Shown here piece after piece: positions 34,422 through 42,236 of a DNA stretch of 44,399 bases. Under the pieces are notes generated by a model, which was not told where the DNA came from, ran no database searches, and saw only the letters and a list, made by a program, of their open reading frames with translations. The stretch is taken from sequence record SRR31156797_6143, one strand, 5' to 3'. Numbering within the stretch: the stretch's first letter is position 1; every line of letters begins with the position of its first letter. Made by a program: the position numbers and the translations under genes.

Positions 34422-36260
34422 TTAGGCACGCTTCAGAATCCGAACGCTTCCCTCGTCCCCGTCAATTTGGATGAGATCTCCCGTTTTGATGGTTGAGGTG
34501 CCGGTGCCGGTTCCCACCACCGTGGGAAGGCCGTATTCACGACAGACGATGGCCGCATGGCACATGGCGCCGCCCACATCGGTCACCGCGCCGGCGATTT
34601 TGGTAAAGGCGGGTGCCCAGCTGGGGGAGGTGGTGGTGGCCACCAGGATTTCCCCTTCTTCCAGGAGACCCAGCTCTTTTACACTCTTGATGACACGTGC
34701 TTTTCCTTCCACGATGCCCGAGGACCCCGGTGCGCCCATCAGTTCGTCCGCACCCTCACCGGAAGCGGCTTCCACGCCTTTGAGCCAGTTTTTCAGCACA
34801 TCCGTGGTAACGCCCCACAAGACGATGCTGAAGGGCTCGGTCACCACGTCGGGAGGTGTCCCCAGGGCCGGCGGCGGGGTCCATTCCTGGAATTTTTTCA
34901 TGACGCCTTTACGCCACTCGATCTCTTTGGGCCAGTAGGAAGGCCCCCGGGGGATGGTGCCGGTGGCCCAGCTGGTGACGTAATCCCACAGGGCATCCCT
35001 GATTTCATCCCGTTTCAGGTACCAGATGTCTTCCGTGTCCCCGATAAAGTCGGCATCGCTAAGGATATCTCCCACCTGTCTGACCTTGTTCCAGAACAGA
35101 CTGTGGAACCAGTGCTCAACATAAAACAGATGATCTTCCACATAGGGGAATACCCGCTGGGAGATGGCCAGGGTCTGGTCGAAGGATTCCCTGTCCTCAT
35201 CGGTTTCGATTAAAGCTCTGTATTCTTCGATGATTCTTTCGCGCTCTTCAATCAGTTTCTCCGTGGGTCGACCCACCTCTTTGCCGGCCTGGATGGATTT
35301 AATGTGCATGCGCAGGGATTCAAAGGGGATGTCCAGATCATCGTTCCAGGAGATATGGTGGTGATACCACCCCGTGCCCGTGGATACATAGAACCAGGGG
35401 TAGCGGGCTTTTTCCAGTTCCGCCAGCCAGTGTTTCCCTTCCGGACCGTTATCCAGTTCCGCCATGACTTCCGCGGCGGTTTTGGGTTGCAGGATTACGT
35501 CTTCAATTTTGTTTTCAATGGCCAGTTCGGCCAGCCGGATCAGTTCCGCATCCGGTTTGTACATGACCACATCGATGCCCGATACCATTTTGGTGAGGGT
35601 GGAAATGGGGATGCCGGGGAAAATGGCGTTGGCGGTGTTGATAAAGGTTACGTACGCCGCATAGCCCAGGTTCAGGAACTCGAAATGGTACTGCCAGACC
35701 TTGAGACCTTTGTGGATCAGTTCATCATACTGGGTCAAAAGATGGTAGCCGCTGCCGATGCCCGTATTCCCGAAAACCACGGACTCGTCTTCCACGTCGG
35801 GAAGGGGTTTGAATTCAACGGCTTCAAGCTCCCTGATGAGTTCGTTGACCTTGACTTTCCAGTTCTCGTACAGGTTGTCCCAGTTTTCATAATAGTAGCC
35901 GGCCCGTTTTGTAAATACGGGGATGCGTTCTCCGATTTCTTCCGGGTTCTCGATTCCGATGGGGGTGATGTACACCCGCCCATTGACGATGCGGTGGTCA
36001 ATGCCGTTGGCCGGCGGAACCAGGAAGGTTCTTGTGTTGTTCTGGGAAAGGGCCAGGAACCATGCTTCATCCCAGATGAGGTCAAAGGGGTAGTGGGGTT
36101 CGGGATAATGAAGACCATCATAATACCAGAGTTGTTTGCTCTCCCGATCGGCCCGGGCCGGGTCGTCGGTGGTAAACTGATAGTGGTAGGGGTACATTCT
36201 TTCCCAACCTTCGGTACCGGGAATCACAGGAACATCATGGGGATCCAAAAATTTTGCCAT
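34422..36260 (-). CDS. ppsA: phenylphosphate synthase alpha subunit (phenol-phosphorylating His-swivel subunit), copy 1
   Basis: 612 aa; IPGTEGWERMYPYHYQF, YDGLHYPEP, WDEAW, WQYHFEFLNLGYAAY, HLFYVEHWFHS, EPFSIVLWGVT match the Thauera PpsA family as I recall it; His domain DVGGAMCHAAIVCREYG. Confidence 0.88.
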   Translation of the reverse strand: MAKFLDPHDVPVIPGTEGWERMYPYHYQFTTDDPARADRESKQLWYYDGLHYPEPHYPFDLIWDEAWFLALSQNNTRTFLVPPANGIDHRIVNGRVYITPIGIENPEEIGERIPVFTKRAGYYYENWDNLYENWKVKVNELIRELEAVEFKPLPDVEDESVVFGNTGIGSGYHLLTQYDELIHKGLKVWQYHFEFLNLGYAAYVTFINTANAIFPGIPISTLTKMVSGIDVVMYKPDAELIRLAELAIENKIEDVILQPKTAAEVMAELDNGPEGKHWLAELEKARYPWFYVSTGTGWYHHHISWNDDLDIPFESLRMHIKSIQAGKEVGRPTEKLIEERERIIEEYRALIETDEDRESFDQTLAISQRVFPYVEDHLFYVEHWFHSLFWNKVRQVGDILSDADFIGDTEDIWYLKRDEIRDALWDYVTSWATGTIPRGPSYWPKEIEWRKGVMKKFQEWTPPPALGTPPDVVTEPFSIVLWGVTTDVLKNWLKGVEAASGEGADELMGAPGSSGIVEGKARVIKSVKELGLLEEGEILVATTTSPSWAPAFTKIAGAVTDVGGAMCHAAIVCREYGLPTVVGTGTGTSTIKTGDLIQIDGDEGSVRILKRA

Positions 36261-36329
36261 ACTTTTTTTGCCTCCTTAGATAAAATGGTTGTCGTGTTTC
36301 CGCTTTGACCTTTTAGACCTGAAAGGGCC

Positions 36330-36977
36330 TTAGAGCCTGAACCACCTGGGCTCGTCAAACCTCTCCGTTGTTCTCATAATGCGACTCTTATAATTGGTGG
36401 CGTAATCTCTGCGCAGCTTATAGGTGAGTTCCCTGAATTGCTCGCTGTCCAGCAGTTGCCCGATGTCCACGGGATGCTTGAAGGTGAATTCGGCAATGAT
36501 TTCGGAGATGCCGCCCATCAGGACATTCCAGCCCCCTGTAATTTCCATATAATCCAGCTCTTTCAGGGTCGGAAGGTATTCGTTGATCACGAAATCGGCA
36601 TACCCTTCCCGTGCACCGGGAAGAAGGTCGTAGTATTGGTTGAATTTCCAAACCCCTTTTTGGATCTGATATTCCTCGGATTTTACCCTTCCCGTGGGGG
36701 AAAGAAGGGTCCTGTGATAATTTTTCACAACTTCTTTCAATCCATCCGCCAGCGCCTTGAATTCCGGGCTTCCCAGTATGGAACAGAATTCCTCCAGTGT
36801 TTCGACGCTTTTGACGGAGATAATCCTGGGGCCCTGGCCCACCTGAACGTAGTACCCGCCAACCCCTTTCAGACCGAGAGCATCGCATCCCGGAATGAAC
36901 GTTTTGGCGACGAATTCCTCATAGGCGGCTTCTTTGCCTCGAATCATGTCCCAGTGTTGCGTAAAAAGCAGTGGCAT
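36330..36977 (-). CDS. internally duplicated NIPSNAP-like (dimeric alpha/beta barrel) protein leading the pps1 operon
   Basis: two similar ~100-aa halves (FTQHWDMIRGKEAAYEEFV…GGY…SPEF…NY and FNQYYDLLPGAREGYADFV…GGW…SEQF…NY); GGAGG RBS. Confidence 0.7.
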   Translation of the reverse strand: MPLLFTQHWDMIRGKEAAYEEFVAKTFIPGCDALGLKGVGGYYVQVGQGPRIISVKSVETLEEFCSILGSPEFKALADGLKEVVKNYHRTLLSPTGRVKSEEYQIQKGVWKFNQYYDLLPGAREGYADFVINEYLPTLKELDYMEITGGWNVLMGGISEIIAEFTFKHPVDIGQLLDSEQFRELTYKLRRDYATNYKSRIMRTTERFDEPRWFRL

Positions 36978-37159
36978 TCCCTATCCCTCCTTGATTAGTC
37001 AAATTGTTTACAATAGGCGGTCAGTACCGTCAGCTGTATTTCAAAAAACCTTTCAACAGACATTATGAATCCCCGTATCCGGAAGTAAGATGTTCAATTT
37101 TGAAAATGGGGAACAGAAACAGCGGGAAAAGATGTTTGTAGGATCGTTGCTATGGTTGT

Positions 37160-37436
37160 ATGGATGCATTTTTGCCCATCAAATCTTGAAAAAGAAGCGG
37201 CTGGGAAATTCTGTTGAGGTGAAGCAACCATTTATCGCTGAAAACTCGCGCACGCTGTTTCTAAGCCGGGCAGCTGAATGATGGTATAAGACTTTCAAAG
37301 AATGGATGTCAAAGTGATAATATTTATGACATCAATAATTTTAAGTTATGGATGGGAGCGTTGGTGACAGGCCCCATTCGGCCTTCGGATGGATGAGGTA
37401 TCAAAGATCATCCACATAACTGAAATAACATGGATG
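37160..37436 (+). repeat. five ATGGATG copies in the divergent pps1/pps2 control region
   Basis: copies at 37160, 37302, 37348, 37389, 37430; inverted CATCCA at 37409; GATGTCA-N15-TGACATC at 37305-37333. Confidence 0.6.
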
Positions 37437-37674
37437 TTACAAAAAAAGGATTTGACAGCAGGTTTTTTTTTCGGGAAGATGCGGATACTTCAAAGCAGGT
37501 TTTTCTGTCCTGATATACAAACGACTCACTCAACCCAAGTTCGGAAATAATTTACGATCCGCTTTGCAATTTTCCGGCAGTTTTTTTAGCTTGCTTGGAC
37601 ATTTTTTTGGATTCTCTTGAATTGGCGTAACGCATTTTTATTAACCCCAAATCTTATAGACAGGGAGGAGAAAA

Positions 37675-39540
37675 ATGGCAGACGAAAAGACAGGAAGATT
37701 TCCGGATCCGCACGAATTTCAGGTTCCCCCGGAACTTGAAGGATGGGAGGAGATGTATCCATCACACCATCTCTTTTCCGAAGACAGGGCAGACTGGGAG
37801 AAACAGCAATTCTGGTATCAGGACAAAATTCATGCGCCGGAACCGATGCCGCCATTGGATCTGCTTTTTCAGGAAGCGTGGCAGATCGCTCTTTCCCAGT
37901 ACACCACGAGAGTCTTCTGCATCCCTCCGGCCCAGGGAATTGCGCAGCGGATGCTCGGGTGTTACCTGTATATCTGTGCCATTGCGCCCCCGCCCGATGA
38001 CATTATCGGAGAAAAGGCCGCCCTTTTTGAGAAAAGGGTGTTTTATGTGTTCGAGCATTATGATGAGCTTTGGGACAAATGGTTGACGAAATTCAAAGCC
38101 CTGGGAAATGAGATGAAAGATCTCAAGATCCCCGGGGAAATGCCGAAATATGTTCCTGAAGACCAGGTTCTCCCGGCGCCCACGGGCTCCTATGTCTCCT
38201 ATGATCTGATTGCGTCATTCGACAAACTCGTCCACCAGATGTTCAAGGGATGGCAATACCATTTTGAAATGTTGAATCTGACCTATCTGGCCTATCTCAT
38301 GTTCGGGGACGTTTCCCGCAAGCTCTTCCCCGGGATCAGTGAAAGCGCCATCGGAAAGATGGTGGCAGGCGCCTACGTGTCCATGTTCCGGCCCGAAGAA
38401 GAGCTGTGCCAACTGTCCAGACTGGCCGTATCCATGAGGGGTGTGGCCGAAATCCTTAAAAAAGACACCGCGGCCGCGGAAAAAATGGCCGAGCTCGATA
38501 AGATACCCGACGGGAGGCAATGGCTTGAAGCTTTTGAAAAGGCCAAGGATCCGTGGTTTTATGTTTCCTGCGGAAGCGGCTGGTTCCATTATGAGGGGAG
38601 CTGGATCAACAATCTGGATCTTCCATACGGCTACATCAAGAGTTACGTGGAACGGCTTGAAAACGGGGAGACCATCGAGCGGTCTCTGGACAAGGTGGAC
38701 CGGGAACGGGATGAAACCGTTGCCGAATACCGTAAACTCATCGCCAATGACGAAGACAGAGAGGCCTTTGACGGCGCCTACAATACGGTCCGAACCATTT
38801 ACCGGTATGCGGAAGATCATCTGTTCTGGGTGGAACACTGGTTCCACACCATATGGTTTTCCAAGATCAGGGAATTCGGCAGCCTGCTGGTTGACAACGG
38901 GATGATCAATGAACCGGATGACATCTTCATGTTCAACCGCTACGAGATTCCCGAACTCCTGACCGAGGTCTCCACCGCCTGGGCCCTGGGCGTGGGGATT
39001 CCCGTGCGGGGGGGCTACTACAAGGCCAAGGCTGAAAAGCGGAAGAAGATCCTCTCGGCGGCCGCCAAGTGGAATCCCACACCGGCCCTGGGGGTTCCGC
39101 CGGAGGAAGTGGCCGAGCCGTTTACCATCATGTTGTGGGGTATCACCACCGACAAGGTCAAGGAGTGGCTCAAAGGGATGGGCGAGGGAGAGGTCAGTGC
39201 CGAAGATGTCTCCGAACTGAAGGGGTTTGCCTCCTCGGCAGGCGTCATTGAAGGGAAGGCAAGGGTCCTCAAAATGCTCAAGGAGGTCATGGACCTGGAG
39301 GCGGGTGATATCCTGGTCTGCCCCACCACCAATCCTTCGTGGGCCCCGGTTTTCACCAAGATCAAGGCAGCGGTGACCGATATCGGGGGGCTTACCAGCC
39401 ATGCCGCCATCGTGTGCAGGGAATATGGGGTCCCGTCCGTTACCGGCACCGGGATTGCCACATCGGTCATTAAGACCGGCGATACCATCAGGGTTGATGG
39501 TGATACGGGTGTGGTCACCATTGTAGAGAGAGCCGGATAA
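37675..39540 (+). CDS. phenylphosphate synthase alpha-like subunit, divergent copy 2
   Basis: 621 aa, collinear with copy 1 (EGWEEMYP, QEAW, WQYHFEMLNL, HLFWVEHWFH, EPFTIMLWGIT); His domain DIGGLTSHAAIVCREYG; GGAGGAG RBS. Confidence 0.85.
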   Translation: MADEKTGRFPDPHEFQVPPELEGWEEMYPSHHLFSEDRADWEKQQFWYQDKIHAPEPMPPLDLLFQEAWQIALSQYTTRVFCIPPAQGIAQRMLGCYLYICAIAPPPDDIIGEKAALFEKRVFYVFEHYDELWDKWLTKFKALGNEMKDLKIPGEMPKYVPEDQVLPAPTGSYVSYDLIASFDKLVHQMFKGWQYHFEMLNLTYLAYLMFGDVSRKLFPGISESAIGKMVAGAYVSMFRPEEELCQLSRLAVSMRGVAEILKKDTAAAEKMAELDKIPDGRQWLEAFEKAKDPWFYVSCGSGWFHYEGSWINNLDLPYGYIKSYVERLENGETIERSLDKVDRERDETVAEYRKLIANDEDREAFDGAYNTVRTIYRYAEDHLFWVEHWFHTIWFSKIREFGSLLVDNGMINEPDDIFMFNRYEIPELLTEVSTAWALGVGIPVRGGYYKAKAEKRKKILSAAAKWNPTPALGVPPEEVAEPFTIMLWGITTDKVKEWLKGMGEGEVSAEDVSELKGFASSAGVIEGKARVLKMLKEVMDLEAGDILVCPTTNPSWAPVFTKIKAAVTDIGGLTSHAAIVCREYGVPSVTGTGIATSVIKTGDTIRVDGDTGVVTIVERAG

Positions 39541-39565
39541 TCCGAAACCCTTATTTCCCCCAACC

Positions 39566-39619
39566 CTCCCTTCCCAAGCCGGAGACCATATGCCCGGTGA
39601 TCCGGCCGGGGGAGGGGAG
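39566..39619 (+). other. intercistronic stem-loop between ppsA2 and ppsB2, overlapping the ppsB2 Shine-Dalgarno
   Basis: CTCCCTTCCC-AA-GCCGGA … TCCGGC-C-GGGGGAGGGGAG. Confidence 0.5.
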
Positions 39620-39626
39620 AATTTCC

Positions 39627-40709
39627 ATGGAGAAAGAGATGGACTATGTTCTCAATTTTGAAATCCTCGACAAAACTTCCCTACCCGTGGTCGGGGGCAA
39701 GAATGCCAGTCTGGGAGAGATGATCAAGGCCGGCATCCGTGTCCCGCCCGGTTTCGCCGTGACAACCCACAGCTATCTGAGCTTTATAACGGAGACGGGT
39801 ATTCATGATAAGATGTCCGGGATACTTTCCAAGGTCCTTAAAGATGATGTGAATTCCCTGAATGAAGCCAGCGCTCAAATTCAAGCCCTGATCCATCAGA
39901 CCACCATGAACCATGATGTTCAGGAAGCCATTCGCCAGGGATACCTGGAACTTTGCCGGAAATGCCATGTTGACGATTTGCCCGTGGCGGTCCGATCCAG
40001 CGCAACGGCGGAAGATCTTCCCACGGCAAGCTTTGCCGGACAGCAGGATACCTATCTTTGGGTCATTGGTGCGGAGAATGTCATCAACAGTGTCCGTAAG
40101 TGCTGGGCTAGCCTATACACGGCGCGCGCCATTGACTACCGGAATAAGAACGACTTTCCCCACGAGAAGGTCTTGATCAGTGTAGGCGTTCAGAAAATGG
40201 TTAATTCAAAAGCGGCCGGTGTGATGTTCACCCTGAATCCCACCAACGGTGATCCGTCAAAAGTGCTGGTTGAAGGGAGTTGGGGGTTGGGAGAGACGGT
40301 GGTTTCCGGCAGTGTCAATCCGGATAAGTTCGTGGTGGACAAGGTGACCATGGAAGCCGGGGAAAAAACCGTATCACTGAAGCACATAAAATGCGTTCAT
40401 GATCCCGATGGCGGAGAAGTGATCAACGTCGATGTGGATGAAGATATGCAATCCCGCTGCTGCATTGAAGGTCAGGAGTTAAGGAAGTTAGTGGAGATCG
40501 CCAAGAACATCGAGGCCCACTACGGCCGGGCCATGGATATCGAATGGGCCATTGATGAGGATTTTTCTTTTCCGGAAAGTCTCTTTATTGTGCAGGCCCG
40601 TCCGGAAACGGTCTGGAGTCAGCGGAAAAAGAGACCCTTGCTGGGCAAGAAGAGCGGGTACCAGCTGTTGATGGACCGGGCCATGAAGCGGATCAAGATC
40701 CCGGGGTAG
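39627..40709 (+). CDS. phenylphosphate synthase beta-like subunit (PEP-synthase-type ATP-binding domain), copy 2
   Basis: VGGKNASLGEM, VAVRSSATAEDLPTASFAGQQDTYL, WGLGETVVSG, MDIEWA, VQARPETVWS; ends with no His or pyruvate domain. Confidence 0.85.
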   Translation: MEKEMDYVLNFEILDKTSLPVVGGKNASLGEMIKAGIRVPPGFAVTTHSYLSFITETGIHDKMSGILSKVLKDDVNSLNEASAQIQALIHQTTMNHDVQEAIRQGYLELCRKCHVDDLPVAVRSSATAEDLPTASFAGQQDTYLWVIGAENVINSVRKCWASLYTARAIDYRNKNDFPHEKVLISVGVQKMVNSKAAGVMFTLNPTNGDPSKVLVEGSWGLGETVVSGSVNPDKFVVDKVTMEAGEKTVSLKHIKCVHDPDGGEVINVDVDEDMQSRCCIEGQELRKLVEIAKNIEAHYGRAMDIEWAIDEDFSFPESLFIVQARPETVWSQRKKRPLLGKKSGYQLLMDRAMKRIKIPG

Positions 40710-40762
40710 GCGGAGATATGAGATCCGGATGAAATCGGGAATTGAAGTGAGGAGTTGTTGTC

Positions 40763-41275
40763 ATGTCGGAGCATAACCTGTTGAATGGAAAGAAGATCCT
40801 CGTTGTGGACGATGAGGCTGATATATTGGATATATTGGAAGAGCTGCTGGAGATGTGTGACGTTGTCAAGGCTTCCACATTTGAAGCGGCAAAAAACCTG
40901 TTGGATTCAGAGCACTTTGACATGGCCATCCTGGATATCATGGGCGTTGACGGTTATGGTCTTCTGGAGATTGCCAACAAAAAGGGCATACCCTCCGTGA
41001 TGTTGACCGCACATGCTTTTACGCCGGGCAATCTGCTTCGATCCGTCAAAGAGGGTGCTGATTCGTATTTGCCCAAAGAAGAAATGGGCAATATCGGTAT
41101 CTTCCTGAATGATATTCTGGAAGCCCATCAAAAAGGAAAAGATCCCTGGGAACCCTGGCAGAATAAGTTGCCGACCTCATATTTTGAAAGGAGATGGGGC
41201 GCCCTGTCCCAGGATACGAGCCGGGAGTTCTGGAAAACATTCAGGGCCGGTATTAAAGATAGAAAAAGAAGATAA
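40763..41275 (+). CDS. response regulator receiver protein with short C-terminal extension
   Basis: ILVVDDE, AILDIMGVDG, MLTAHA, YLPK. Confidence 0.85.
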   Translation: MSEHNLLNGKKILVVDDEADILDILEELLEMCDVVKASTFEAAKNLLDSEHFDMAILDIMGVDGYGLLEIANKKGIPSVMLTAHAFTPGNLLRSVKEGADSYLPKEEMGNIGIFLNDILEAHQKGKDPWEPWQNKLPTSYFERRWGALSQDTSREFWKTFRAGIKDRKRR

Positions 41276-41363
41276 TTTAATATGTCCCCGGCGCCAAATT
41301 TCCATCTCCACCCCATTTTTGTATTGAGATCAACACATTTTACGGAGCGCATAAGCTGATAGG

Positions 41364-42236
41364 ATGGATGAAAAAGAACTTCGTGCCAAAATTTTTTCAA
41401 AGATAGATGAACTGCCGACCCTGCCGGCAGTGCTTCCAAGAATCTTGAATCTGATGGAAAATGAAAAGAGTGACGCCTCAGACGTTGCTCGGGCCATTTC
41501 TCATGATTCCGCCTTGACCTCCAAGATCTTGAAAGTGGCCAATTCCGCTTATTACGGCTTTTCCCAGGAAATAGGCAGCTTGGACAGGGCAATCCCTTTG
41601 CTCGGTCTCAACATGGTCAGGTCACTGGCGTTATCCATCGGCATCATGGACAGCTTCCCCGCGGGAAGCGAAAAAACCCGCTATTTTTCGAAGGAAGATT
41701 TATGGATACACAGTCTGGCGGTTGCAACGGCGGTGCAGGAATTGGCAAAAAGAACCGGAAAAGGAGAAAACAGCGAACATCTTTTTGTGGTGGGCCTTCT
41801 TCACGATATGGGCAAAATTGTTCTGGACCAGTTTTTCGGTGACGCTTTCGGCCGGGTTCTCCAAGAGGCCCGGGATCGGGAAGATTTAAGCCTTTACACG
41901 GCCGAGCGCGAGGTTTTTGGCATGGATCACGGGGAAATCGGAAGCATGCTCTTGCGACGATGGAAGTTCCCCGACGCTATTTCCGGTCCCATTTTCGCAC
42001 ACCATCAAACTCAAATACCTGAAGGCATCAATCTGAGGGATCTTGCCTTGCTCCGGGTCGCCGATACGCTCGCCGGAGAGCTTGGCCTGGGGCAGGGAGA
42101 AGCCTTCGCATACCCCGAAACCCATGAAGCGGATGTTGAGATGCTGGGAATCGATGAGATAGGGATGTCGGAGATGAAGACATATTTGACCGGCGTCATA
42201 GACGGCATATATGATTTTTTCAGCGTACTCATTTAA
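41364..42236 (+). CDS. HDOD domain protein
   Basis: LPTLP, DSALTSKILKVANSAYYG, LWIHSLAVA, GLLHDMGK, HGEIG…WKFP. Confidence 0.92.
   Translation: MDEKELRAKIFSKIDELPTLPAVLPRILNLMENEKSDASDVARAISHDSALTSKILKVANSAYYGFSQEIGSLDRAIPLLGLNMVRSLALSIGIMDSFPAGSEKTRYFSKEDLWIHSLAVATAVQELAKRTGKGENSEHLFVVGLLHDMGKIVLDQFFGDAFGRVLQEARDREDLSLYTAEREVFGMDHGEIGSMLLRRWKFPDAISGPIFAHHQTQIPEGINLRDLALLRVADTLAGELGLGQGEAFAYPETHEADVEMLGIDEIGMSEMKTYLTGVIDGIYDFFSVLI

Noticed and set aside
36991-37002. TTGATTAGTCAA near-palindrome upstream of the NIPSNAP-like gene
   Set aside because: Spacing matches neither the FNR nor the XylR/DmpR consensus; too short to call alone.
37090-37281. 63-aa ORF in the pps intergenic region
   Set aside because: No RBS or recognisable motif; lies within the presumed control region.
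37282-37297. Possible sigma54 promoter TGGTATAAGACTTTC
   Set aside because: The invariant -12 GC is TC; no other GG-N10-GC site with good context was found by eye in this region.
37160-37436. ATGGATG array as a CRISPR or iteron array
   Set aside because: The repeat is only 7 bp, spacing is not uniform over all copies, and there are no cas or rep genes.
33259-40709. Annotation as split or pseudogenised PEP synthase / pyruvate dikinase
   Set aside because: No pyruvate-binding barrel anywhere; the alpha subunits have the long Pps-specific N-terminal region; all ORFs are intact with good RBSs.
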